Part shown: in pieces, positions 46,701 to 59,290 of the stretch | How positions within the stretch are numbered: the stretch's first letter is position 1 | Layout of the letters: each line of letters opens with the position of its first letter | NCBI RefSeq assembly: GCF_964355755.1 | Contig: NC_092679.1 | Location: 15,359,432-15,423,431 of the forward strand | From: Antedon mediterranea | Taxonomy: Eukaryota > Animalia > Echinodermata | Direction of reading: 5' to 3' | Length of the DNA: 64,000 bases | The notes under the pieces: model-generated | Database searches by the model: none | Told to the model about the DNA's origin: nothing | Seen by the model: only the letters and a program-made list of their open reading frames with translations | Program-made: the position numbers and the translations under genes

Positions 46701-49700
46701 AAAAAACCTAACGTTTGATCATCAAGGACCTAGATAGGTTCATGGTTTGATTCACGGAGCCCGAGAACAGGATCTCTCAAACAAGCCCTAAACCGATGAC
46801 ATCATTCACAATAAGTCGAGGTTTTTGAATGCCAGATTAGTGCAGATTAGAATAAGTATTACATTTTTGGAATCGTTTGTATTATGCTTTTCCAGTATTT
46901 AACAAAAAATCACCCTTCAGTTTCGTGAAAGAAAATGTGTAAATAATGTAGGCTAAGAAAATAAGAGATGCGTGCACTCTTCATCTCCCTATCTAAGCTG
47001 GTAACTGGAGTGTTGAAAATGGTTTTGTTATTTAGATGGATAATTTAAAATCTTACCCGCTCAATACATTTGCACGTGAAAACTGACAATTAAATTGTAT
47101 TTACTGTATGTATAGAAAGTATACGGCCAACCGCCAACGGAACAAATCCAACTCGATAACTTGTTATATAATGTTACACTAAGGGACAATGCTGTGAAAG
47201 AAGAAGATTGTTTGAATAACAAGATACATTGCGACTGTTTCATGTACGATTTGAAGAAAAAAAATGCAATTATTTGTTTTCATTCTTCATTTCATCTATT
47301 TTCTTATTATTGTATTGTTTAATTAATCTAGGTTCTAGATCGTAATATTACTAAAAAGATAAATATTTTGGCACATATGGCGTTTCATACGTATACTATT
47401 TGATCTCACACTTTCACAATTTTCCAGAAAAAATCAGAACGCCGACGGGTGGACTACATAATAAAGAATAAATAAATACAGACTTAGCACAAGTCTATAA
47501 TTTGCTTCGTGAATACAAAAAAATACATCTTACCAGAAAATACAATGGACATTAGTTTACTTCGTTCTTGCGGAATTATCCAGTTTTCTAACAATTCATA
47601 CATTGCTGGGTAAGATACGCCCTTAAATTAAAAAAAAAAAGAGAGAGAGATATAAAATGGAATTGATTTTACTTTCTCTTTTGCCGTTTGAGCGGATGAA
47701 CTTAAATCTGTTTTAAAATCAAAAAATTATGCCGCTGATCAAACTGGAGGGTAGCCTCCAGTTACGTAATCAACCCCTCGCGGAATATTGACAAACGTTT
47801 TTTTCCGAATATTTTCTATAGATGTTTTCTGGACGGTACTGTACTACTGAATGTAATACTTATTGTATCTAAACGGATAGCAAACCGAACAAAAAACTAA
47901 AAGTTGTATTATTACATGTTATGTAGTTAGGTGTATGTAGTGAAAATGAGAATAATAAAGGTGGGCGAAATTCACAAAAGAGAGAACAAAGAATAATATT
48001 AATATATAACATATAATTATAGAATGGTTCTGTAAGTTTTCACTACAAATACTAACCTGTACACAACAATCTAAAATCTAAAAACGAAAAAGTGGTATTT
48101 AACCATCGTGCGAATAGTGCGTACTATTGCACGCCATGTGACCCACATTCGTCCAATCAAATGACAGGAATTTGTTTAGGTGTTATACAATAATATATAA
48201 GATAGAGTTATGATAATAGGATTGTCCTGTGATAATAAGGGTTCACTACAAATACTAACCTGTACACAACCATCTAAAACTCGAATAAAAAGTAATAGAT
48301 AATAGTTAAAACCCGCAGCCCATGGTATCAAGGCAGTAAGTAAACCTGAGCATAGAAGAACTCCAACCATGGATCGTTTTCCACTAATCTTGCGAGCTAA
48401 CCAAGCTCCTGGTATTGGTGTTACAGCATTGCCGTAATAAAATGCAGCCAGTACTGTTTGTTTTTGTCGTTCATCCCAGTCATACCTAGGTATCTGTTGT
48501 ATAGGAGATATGAAAGGTAGATGATGATAATAATTCTACTGGGAACAAATAACCGATTTATAACCGTGTGAATAAGTTAGTTTTGGACGGATTTAAGTAA
48601 GTCCCCATAGATATATTTAAAGATGTATTGTCCCTTGAAACACAAAAAAAATGAAGGTCAAAATATACTAAATTTTAAGTGGCCATATCAAAGTAATATT
48701 AAAGTTATTCGAAAATTCAAGCCAAAAACAACAATTTTACGTAATTAACAGCTAAATTAATTTGATTACATTTCGTCTGGAAAATAGTCGCGAGCGAAAG
48801 ATTTCAAACCATGAGTATACATTATGCATGATGCAGGATTGTTTACAACTCGTCACGGTTGAGAAGGTGTTTTCACACAGATCGCGAGGAAGTTTTATGA
48901 TTATGCATACAGAGTAGCCAAATAAGCGCATTGCATTATGAGATATGTTTTGATAGAAAACTTTGACTGAAAGTCAAAGTTATTTTTTGAACCAAAAAAC
49001 GTCTGTATTTCAGTTAAATTATTTTTTTTCGACTAATGTTTGGTGAAAGTTAATAACTATTATGATACTTCAAAATGACAACTTTTTTTCGAAATCTTTA
49101 TAATTCCTCATGGACTTATTTAAATTCATCCATGGAAAGGGCTTATTTGAAATGCCTTAATATACTTATTTAAAATTTGTCAATAGACTTATCTCAACGT
49201 CCGCATGGACTTTTTTTAAATTCCTCCATGGAATTTTTTGAAATGTTTTCATGGATTTATTTGAAATTCCTCCATGGACTTATTTGAAATTCCTCAATGG
49301 ACTTATTTGAAATTCCTCCATAGACTTATTTGAAATTCTTCCATTAGACTTATTTGAAATTCTTCCATGGACTTATTTGAAATTTCTCCATGGACGTTTG
49401 AAATTTCATTAGTCTTTTCTATATGGATGAACGTATTAGTAATTCTTCCATGGACTTTATTGTATTATTTTCACAGGATTTGAAATATACAAAACAGTTT
49501 ATCCTTTAAAACACTTTAGACAATGGTGCTTAAAACGATGGTCATGGTTAGGCTAAAGCTGACCTTAAAATACCTCCGGAATAGTCAAATTGACTGTAAT
49601 AAGTCAATAGGTTTTTTGGTTGAATTTAACCGTTTATGTTGTACTTTTATAAGTGAAAACATTAACAAATGTTTCAATGGAATTGATTAACGTTACTAAA

Positions 49701-50587
49701 CCTGCCAAATGGCATATTCAAAATATTTGTTTTAGTAATCTTCATTTTTCATGTTGTTGGGAGACAATACATCTGTCTATACCAAACAGCATTTTGTATC
49801 ATTGTCGTTTTTACCAATTACAGAATATAAACAGGAGTACATGCAATCAATACAAAAAAAATAATAGTATTCATACCCATAAAACTAGATCCTCCTGTAA
49901 TCTCCACCCTCCCCGTACCAAATTAACATTAATGCAACATAATATCCGTTATAGTGGCACCAAATTATTTAATGATCTCCCCGACGAAATTAAATTGGCA
50001 CCTTAAAAAAATACATTTTCTTTTAAACTTAAACAAATTCTACTCCATAAATAACTAATAATAATAAAACAACATGTTTATTCTGGTTTTTCTGTGCTTC
50101 CATAGTATTTTATTATTATTCATTTGTCGTTGTCTTGCTTTACATGTTTGTTTGTCTTGTTTTGTTTCTGTTTGTTTAAACTCAAATATGATTACAATTT
50201 CTTAACTGGCTACCCGTCACAAGTGTCTTTGGAGGGAAACCTTTCTGGGTTTTGCCTCTTAATTATTTATATTTAAATTGTTATTTTGTTTACTTTGAAA
50301 TGATAAGAAATAAATGTTATTATGAATGAATGAATACATTCAATGATCATAAGGATTCATGCTATCCTATTTCAATATTGTCGTTCAGACAGATTCCTAG
50401 TAGACCGCCTACTTACCCCTGTCTTACGTTCATCGATTCCGTAAGTCAAATTATCTGTTAAATTGTGATATTCTGTCAAATTCTCTCTTCTAACCATTTC
50501 GATAATTGCAAAATTAAGATTGTATCGCAGACACAGCAGACAAATACCAGCCAAGCAGCACATAAAAGCCACGATATACCGCTTCAT
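43775..50587 (-). CDS. SLC17A5-like: SLC17 family (sialin-like) transporter, paralog 3; 9 exons, ~462 aa
   Basis: Exons 50587-50417, 48493-48260, 47621-47534, 47191-47105, 46444-46323, 45679-45530, 44882-44750, 44586-44345, 43936-43775. Same phases, GT-AG, no stops seen. Introns are largely unalignable to paralogs 1/2 (older duplicate). Confidence 0.9.
45010..45512. repeat. ~68-bp minisatellite and degenerate CA-rich repeats in intron 6 of paralog 3
   Basis: 4-5 copies of ACCACTACAATT..CAGTTTTTACAAAGCGGTAAAAATCAACATCAACCACATACCGGCCTAACACG. Confidence 0.85.
46190..46304. repeat. Dispersed repeat terminus, also at ~1930-2050, ~29980-30100 and ~48113-48192
   Basis: Shared AATAGTGCGT..TATTGCACGCCAT.TGACCCACA.TC.TCCAATCAAAT.ACAGGAATT...TAGGTGTTATATAAT. 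Family not identified. Confidence 0.7.
48621..49774. mobile_element. Possible Kolobok-like MITE containing a minisatellite
   Basis: 12-bp TIR AGATGTATTGTC/GACAATACATCT, with TTAA on the left side only. Confidence 0.45.
49105..49460. repeat. 23-bp minisatellite
   Basis: Tandem TGGACTTATTTGAAATTCCTCCA, about a dozen degenerate copies. Confidence 0.88.
49850..50336 (+). mobile_element. 3' fragment of an L2/Crack-group LINE in intron 1 of paralog 3
   Basis: H.HKTRSS.NLH...IRYSGTKLFNDLP.EIK....FSFKLK C-terminal motif; AATAAA followed by a (TGAA)n tail. Confidence 0.75.
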
Positions 50588-50724
50588 GTTTAGTACTGTA
50601 GCCTAGTAGACTAAATTGTTTTTCGTTAATTTGAAACTGACACGGTCCATAAGTTTTTTCTGAAGCATACTTTTCTCGCCCACATATACTTCTCAATAAT
50701 AATATTGTAGTGAATTTATTAGAA

Positions 50725-50950
50725 CTAAATGGTACGCTCGCTTTGCTCGCGCACCATCTAGGTCGAGCCCACAGATGGTTCTCGAATACAGTAATTTCAG
50801 AGTTAAAAAAACTGATTTCAAATGTACGTACCTCAGGTATAAAATGCATGTCGTTTACAGGAACGAATAAATAGACATAGTGATTCGTATGTTAGTAAAC
50901 TAAAATTACCGAACCAACTTTATATAGGCCTACCATCGATTAAAATTCTT
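50725..50950 (-). mobile_element. Internally deleted Helitron, copy 3, ~140 bp upstream of the paralog 3 start codon
   Basis: Matches 24401-24590 (GCTCGCTT.GCTCGCG.ACCATCTAGGTCG.GCCCACAGATGGTTCTCGAATAC), joined to sequence matching ~25796-25830. Confidence 0.8.
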
Positions 50951-51539
50951 TTTTTTGTGTCAAAGTGGATCTATTATGTGACACACACTAGTGATATCCT
51001 CCTTCATTTAATGGTTGTGGCTCAGCCTTTTAAGTTATACCATAATTATGTCTAACTGTAACTGATTTCAAAAATTGAAAAATAATTATAGAAAGGTCGT
51101 CATACTATACATATCCAAGTGAAGAAAATAATTTTAATTGAAAATCGTCCAAAATATGCAGTTTTTAAAAATAATTATTACATTATTAATATGCTAACAT
51201 TACTGTACTGTATATTATCGCAGTCGTCTGGTATCGCAACCTTTCGAAACATTACCTAATTTAGAAAATCTTGAGTAGGGACGTTTCTGGGAACAAAATT
51301 ATGAATAATTAATGTTGTTGAATTTTTAATAGACTTCCCAAAATCTATAGTTATTGTTTTTTATGTTCAGTATTTGTTTCGATTTTTGTCTAAAACGTGT
51401 GCCAAATATTTATTTTTTACTATTTTAAGTAAAAATGCACCTAGACTACGGTACATTTTAATGTGTTTGCGTTATCTTATAGTGTAAAAAAACTTTAATT
51501 TCCATCTTTTTCATTATTTCACATAAATAGAATCATATA

Positions 51540-53423
51540 ATGTGTTCTACGCATTTAAATTATGAGATAGTAACCCTTAATGTGAAAAATTAAAAGGTCG
51601 AAATTTGGCCATTTCGCCCATTTTTTAAAATAAATTAAACTATAATTTTACCTCGCACTATCAATGTAAATGCTACAATTGGATGGGCTCTTGTATTTTG
51701 GAAAATGTTTACCGCCCTTAAATAGACGTATTTTGGTCAAATCGCATATTATGGAAAATGAAAATGAAATTAGAATATGGCCAAATTTTGACCCTTATAT
51801 TTTCGACATATAGTTACTATATAATAATTGACATCCAAAACACATTTTATGATTCAGCGCATGTGATATAGTAACCATTTATGTGAACAATTAAAAGGTT
51901 GAAATTTGGCAATTTTTCGAAACTTTTCCTGTATTATATAGTGCAGGAATTTGTTTTCAAAATTATATAGCCAAATTTGGACCTTTTTATTATTATTATT
52001 CGACTCTGCGCATGTTTATTATGCTATAGTAACCATTTATGTCAAAAAATGAAAGGGTAAAAAATTGACGAATTTTCGACCTTTTTATTTTTCGTTGAAA
52101 CTGGTTACTATAGCATAATTGACATGCGCATAACCCATTATTCGATTCTGCGCATGTTTATTATGCTCTAGTAACCATTTATGTCAAAAAATAAAAGGGT
52201 CGAAATTTGACCAATTTTCGAAAATTTTTAAAAAATTGCCAAATTTCGACCTTTTTATTTTTCGTTGAAACTGGTTACTATAGCATAATTGACATTCGCA
52301 TAACCCATTATTCGAATCTGCGCATGTTTATTATGCTATAGTAACCATTTATGTCACAAAATAAAAGGATCGAAATTTGACCAATTTTCGAAAATTTCCA
52401 TGTACAGGGATTTTTTCAAGAAATTGCCAAATTTCGACCTTTTTATTTTTCGATGAAACTGGTTACTATAGCATAATTGACATGCGCAGAACCCATTATT
52501 TGACTCTTGTTATTATTGTTTATTATGCTATAGCAACCATTTATGTCAAAAACAAAAGGGAAAAAAATTGGATAATTATCGAAAATTTCTCTGTACTATA
52601 GTACAGGGATTTTTTCAAAAAATTGCCAAATTTCGACCTTTTATTTTTCGTTGAAACTGGTTACTATAGCATAATTGACATGCGCATAATCCATTATTCG
52701 ACTCTGCGCCTGTTTGTTATGCTATAGTATAAAAAACTGGTTACTATAGCATAATTGACATGCGCATAACCCTTTATTCGATTCTGCGCATGTTTATTAT
52801 GCTATAGTAACCATTTATGTCAAAAAATAAAAGGGTTGACATTTGATCAATTTTCGAAAATTTCCCTGTACTGTAGTACTGGGATTTTTTCAAAAAATTG
52901 CCAAATTTCGACCTTTTTATTTTTCGATGAAACTGGTTACTATAGCATAATTGACATGCGCATAATCCATTATTCGACTCTGCGCCTGTTTGTTATGCTA
53001 TAGTATAAAAAACTGGTTACTATAGCATAATTGACATGCGCATAACCCTTTATTCGATTCTGCGCATGTTTATTATGCTATAGTAACCATTTATGTCAAA
53101 AAATAAAAGGGTTGACATTTGATCAATTTTCGAAAATTTCCCTGTACTGTAGTACTGGGATTTTTTCAAAAAATTGCCAAATTTCGACCTTTTTATTTTT
53201 CGATGAAACTGGTTACTATAGCATAATTGACATGCGCATAACCAATTATTCGACTCTGCGCATGTTTATTATGCTATAGTAACCATTTATGTCAAACAAT
53301 AAAATAGTCGAAATTTGACCAATTTTCGAAAATTTCCCTGTACTAAAGTACAGGGATTTTTTCCAAAAAATGACAAATTTCGACCTTTTTATTTTTCGAT
53401 GAAACTGGTTACTATAGCATAAT
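51540..53423. repeat. Satellite-like array of ~190-bp palindromic monomers; resumes at 62444-62560 beyond the LINE nest
   Basis: Monomer AAATTTCGACCTTTTTATTTTT..TGGTTACTATAGCATAA.TGACATGCGCA-loop-TGCGCATGT.TATTATGCTATAGTAACCA..AAAAATAAAAGGGTCGAAATTT, plus a small palindrome CCCTGTACT..AGTACAGGG. It decays toward 51540. Confidence 0.88.
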
Positions 53424-56400
53424 TTTTTATTTTGTTATTTATTTCTTTATTCTGATATAAAATCAATAGGATAAAAACACAAAAAAGTACCGAGACGGCA
53501 AACTTATTTCCATTGTGGTCCTAAACAAATATAACAGAATAAACAAGGAAAACCACAATTACTTAAATAGCAAATTAAATTTCTCTTAATCTAAGAATTT
53601 CACAAAAATAACCTTTTGATCTCTGTTTAAATAATTGTAATGAAGAGGAGCTTTGAACAAAATAGGGGAGTGAATTCCATAACTGAATGCTTGTTATTAA
53701 GAAAGTTGACCTGTTGTGAGTTCCTATGACTGGAATTTGGATCGAAATGCTGTCTCAAGCAAATCTTGTATTGTGATTGTGACGTTGTCTCGTCAGGGTA
53801 ATTGTATCCAGGTAAGTTGGAGCACTTTTATTAATTATTTTATACATAATACATAGTTTCCTCTCTTGTACTTTTAGGTCAACTGGCAACCAATTTAAGT
53901 TTACAAACTCATGTATACCTATATGAGATCGTGGTCCTAGGTTCGAAATGCACCTAATAATTTTGTTTTGAGACGTCTGTAGCCTATTTTTAATATATTT
54001 ATTTGTACACGAGTACCATACACAGCACCCATAGTCATAATGACATTGTGTCAGAGAAGATGCAATTAATTTAAGAGCATATTTAGTAATATATTTTTTA
54101 TTTCTATTAAGAAATTTAAGTATACAATGAATTTTATTGATTACTTTCATACCTGTAGCTGTACCAGTCAGGTTCTGGTCAAGATCAATTCCAAGGTATG
54201 TGATTGAAGATTTAGCAGTTATGTTTTTATTATTACAGGTAATTTTCATTTCTGACTGTTTTCTACACATGGTTTTTGTACCAAATAAAATTGACTCCGT
54301 CTTACCCAGAAAGCCACAGATTCAACGCTTGCAATTCATTACTTAGTCTGTTTTCAATATACTCTCGGTCTTTATTTGTGACCAAAAGGGCTGCATCGTC
54401 TGCATATAGCAACAACTTACAACCAACGGCCGATTCCATGTCGTTGACATATAGCAAAAATAGTAAGGGACCCAGAATAGATCCCTGGGGTACTCCACAT
54501 TTGACGTCAAGAAATGTTGATTTAGTACCTTTTATGTCAACAACCTGGGATCTACCGCGGAGGTATGATTGCATCCATGACAGAGATAGACTAGTAAAAC
54601 CCATGGCCTTTAATTTATACAATAATATGTCGTGGTCTACTGTGTCGAACGCCTTTTGAAGGTCAATTATTATCATACCAGTCATTTTCCCTTTATCCCA
54701 TCCATTTCTAACAGAATCCGATAGATGTATTAGTAATCTTTCTGTAGAAAATGAAGGTCTAAAACCTGATTGATAGGTATAAAGAAGTGATTGGTCGTTT
54801 AAGGAACTCATTAATTGATTATACATTATACATTCTATAATTTTAGACACTGCAGATAGAATAGAAACGGGTCTATAGTTTCCAGCATATAATCGATCTT
54901 TCTTTTTGTAAATAGGCACTACCTTAGCAGATTTCCAATCAGAAGAGATATAACCGGTTGAAATGGATATATTTATAATATGGCTCAGTGGATGTAAGAT
55001 AGCCAGAGCCCCATCTTTGACAAATCTGGCAGGCAAGGAATCTAAACCCGCACCTTTCTTACTATTTAAGTTGTTTATTATCGTTAGTACGGTTTGTTCA
55101 TTTACTTCTTTAAAGGCAAATACACCTTTTTTATCTGCATAGTAATGTTTAACGTGGTTTTCATTGTAAGTATTAGATGAAGGAGGAAGTTTGTTGACTA
55201 AATTTTCAGGAGTATTAATGAAAAAGGAATTTAAATAGTCAGCAATCGAGCTTTTGTCATAAATTATTTTATCTTCACATTTTAGAGCAATGTTTTCAGA
55301 TTTATTTTCTGTTCCGGTACCTAAACTTGTTAAAACATTCCATAATGTTTTGGGGTTATTTTTATTTTCATTTAGTTTGTCCGAAAAATAAGATGACTTA
55401 GCTCTTTTTATTTTATATTTTACAGAATTTCTTAACTTTTTAAAGACAGTAAATATGTGCTCATTACGAGTTCTCTTAAATTTACCTAAGCATTTATCAC
55501 GATTAATGATAAGATCTCTAATTTCTGATGTGAACCAGGGTTTGGAACGTTGTTTAATTCTTATTTCTTTTAAAGGAGCAACTTGGTTGATGGCATTCAT
55601 CATTTTTAGTTTAAACCAGTCCCATGCAGTGCAGACATTTGTGCAATTTGTGATATCGGACCAATCTAATTCATTTAATTTAGAAGTAAGTAGTTCTGAT
55701 GAGTATGATTTCATAGATCGTATTTTAATCGTCTTATGCCTCTTAATCGGGATTTTAACTATCTTTCTGGTGCAGTAAGTTATAAAATGATCACTGACAC
55801 CGTAAGGGATAACTCCGTATTGGAAAATGTTAAGAGGTTCGGATGAGAAAATAAGATCTATGATGGTAGAGGTAGTGCAAGTAATACGTGTTGGGTTGGG
55901 TGAGATTAAACATATTACAAAATTAGGACACCCATTTATTTTTACTTAAATTATTAGATGATACTTCTACATTAAAGTCACCTAAAATAATAACTTCTTG
56001 ACCTTGTAAAATATAATAATAATAAATGAAAACTTATATAGCGCCGGTATCCTCCACCCATATGGCGCTCATGGCGCTTTGTGCATTAACAACGTGCGAG
56101 AACATCAGCGAATAGCGACGTCTTTAGGTTGGTCTTGAAACTGTTTAGACTAGTTGAGCATTTAACTGTTGCTGGTAAGCTGTTCCATACACTTGCGGCC
56201 GCAACGTAAAAAGATCTCTGACCCCACTGATTTTTCGCTCTACGCTCTTGAAGAAGGTTTTGTGACAATGATCGTAGGCCTCTGCGGGATGATTCGTAAC
56301 GATCCACAAGGTCAGATAAATAAGCAGGAGCACTGTCATTTAGGATCTTGAATACAAACAACGCAAGTTTGTACTTAATACGTTGTTGAACAGGCAACCA

Positions 56401-56656
56401 ATGCAAATCCATCAGGACAGGAGTTATGTGAGCGTTTGATTTTGTATAAGTTACAATTCTAGCTGCCATATTTTGCAAGCGCTGCAAACGTTGTATTTGA
56501 GATTTTGGTATGCCAAACAACAAGGCATTACCAATGTCAATTTTAGAAGTGACAAATGAGTGTACAATCAATTCAGCTGTTTTCTTGTTAAGATTACCGC
56601 GAATACGACCAAGGTTCCTAATCGATATGCATGCTGCTTTGGATACAGTTATTATT

Positions 56657-58922
56657 GGACACATCCTAAACAACCAACGCGGACAACCTCTTACCGCAAA
56701 CTTCGTAACATTGATCTAAATTGTTTTGTGGAAGATATAATGAATTCCCCGCTCGTCTGCGCACCGGAAGATAATGTCTCCGATCTCGCTGACCAATACA
56801 ATAATGTATTGCAGTACATCCTTGACCAACATGCTCCGTTAACAACTAAACTGGTCACCATTAGACCACGGGCACCATGGTACACGAATGAACTCCGTGA
56901 AGCGAAGTGCGTCAAACGGAGATCAGAACGCAGAATGTTGAAATCTGGTTTGGATATCGACAAACAGAGGTACAAGTTGGAATGCAAAGCATATAAAGAT
57001 ATGCTAGATCTAGCAAAATGCAATTATCATCGCAATGAAATCGCTAATGCGGATGACAAGAACCTTTTCCGCATCATAAGTAAACTGTACTCGGTCGATT
57101 CTTCTCCTGTTCTGCCAAAACACACATCTTCAATGGATCTCGCAAACCAGTTTGGCTGTTTCTTTAATGAAAAGATTCTGAAAATTTGCAAGAAACTTAA
57201 CTCCATAAACACTCCACTAATAACTGTCAACGTCGACGAGTCATGTAATAGTAGTTTCGCTGAATTTGAGCAAATATCAGAAGATACGGTACGCAAAGTC
57301 ATCGCTGAAAGCGCATCTAAGTCCAGTAGACTTGACCCAATTCCAACACGGTTACTAAAAAACTGCATTGACGCTCTACTACCGCATATCACTAAAATCG
57401 TCAACATGTCGCTGTCATCAGGTACTGTACCATCTGCATTTAAATTGTCCCTCGTTATGCCACTGTTGAAAAAGCAAAATCTCGACTCCAACGTCCTACA
57501 AAATTATAGACCAATAGCAAATCTTCCCTTCCTTTTCAAAGTCTTGGAAAGAATTGCAACTGCTCAGATAAAAGCATATATGGATGAACATTTCCTGTTT
57601 TCAAAAGTCCAATCAGCCTACCGCCGCTTCCACTCAACTGAAACCGCTTTATTACGTGTTACAAACGATCTACTACTTGCTTTAGACAAAGGTAATGAAG
57701 CGGTACTTATTCTACTCGACTACTCCGCAGCATTTGACACTATCAATCATGATTTATTATTTCAACGTCTTCATAAAAGATACGGCATAAGCGGAACCGC
57801 ATTGAAATGGTTTATTTCATATTTTGAGAATCGTAGACAAGCAATCATTGTGGGTGATTCGATGTCTGATGAGTTCGCTCTACCCTGGGGTGTACCACAG
57901 GGATCCGTAAAAGGTCCACTCGATTTCATCTTATACACTGGACCACTCAGCAACATCATTGATTCCCACCCGGAAGTTCGTCATATGATCTATGCAGATG
58001 ACACTCAACTATATTTAATCATGAAACCTACACATCACTCTGAATCTGTTAACAGCCTTGAATCATGCATTGCAGATGTTCGCTCATGGGCCATTCAAAA
58101 TAAACTCATGCTCAACGACTCCAAGACTGAAATGATCCATTTTCATTCAAAGTTCCGTGAGGCATCATCATTTCCTTTGGTCCATATCGGAGATACTAGT
58201 GTCTCTACCTCCAGCTCAGCCAGAAATCTAGGCGTCCAACTAGACAACAGCCTCGGTTTAAAAGAACACATTCGTAATGTTTGCCGTGGTGCTTCCTTTG
58301 GAATTTACCAGATCGGCCAGATTCGTAAGTACCTTGACAAAACATCAACTGAACGTCTTGTTCATGCTTTTGTTTCATCTCGTCTGGACTGTAATAACTC
58401 GCTTCTGTACGGCCTACCAACTTCTTATCTGTCTCCTCTTCAACGAATCCAAAATTCCGCCGCAAGACTTATCACTGGCACTAAACGACATGAACATATT
58501 TCTCCCGTTTTACGTGACTTACACTGGTTGCCTGTTGATCAGCGCATTCGTTTTAAAATCCTGTTGCTGACATATAAGGCCATCAACGGATGTGCTCCAG
58601 CCTACATATGTGACATCATTACTCCGTCAACCAACTCTTCGCTTCGTTCATCCAGCAGACTTCTTCTAAAACCTGGACCCCGTTCCAGAACTCGGTTTTA
58701 CGGTGATCGTGCTTTCGCTGTCGCAGCCCCAAAACTCTGGAACACTCTACCACTCGAAATACGCTCATCAAAATCTGTTATCACATTTAAAACTAAACTC
58801 AAAACTCATCTCTTCAGAGAAGCATAATCGCACGCTACTACTTGCACTGATCTTGGAAAACACAGCGCTTTGAAACCTTTGTCTCTTGCGCTTTATAAAT
58901 GTTATTTATTATTATTATTATT
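56657..58922 (+). mobile_element. Inner LINE C (L2 clade), 5'-truncated, with uninterrupted RT ORF to 58827
   Basis: ~720 stop-free codons (YRPIANL, LLDYSAAFDTINH, GVPQGSVKGP, IYADDTQ, LHWLPV, FKTKLKTHLF). 3' AGCGCTTTGA..GCGCTTTATAAAT-(ATT)n. Antisense to LINE B. Confidence 0.92.
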
Positions 58923-59290
58923 TGTGCTTCCATAGTGAGATTACTATCCAGCATGATTCCCAGATTCCGGACCACCGATGAGGGAGCGATGTTAGAGTTT
59001 CCGATTCTGATATGTGTGATGTTGATTTTGGAGATGTTACATTTAGACCCGACGATAATAAACTCTGTCTTTCCATCATTCAACTTTAGGTAATTTGTTG
59101 TCATCCAATTGCGAACATCTTCTATACAGGCTTCCATCTTACTGATTGCTGCAGCAACATCCCTTTGCACTGGATTTACTGACACATAAATCTGTGTATC
59201 ATCTGCATAGAAATGGAAATGTAGACTGTGTTTGCGAATAATGTCACCAAGGGGAAGCGTATAAATGGAAAACTGGCCAGGCCCAATTAC

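Noticed and set aside
56560-56656. N-terminus of the 755-aa ORF as a real protein start
   Set aside because: These codons are the antisense strand of LINE B. LINE C begins at ~56657 and is 5'-truncated.
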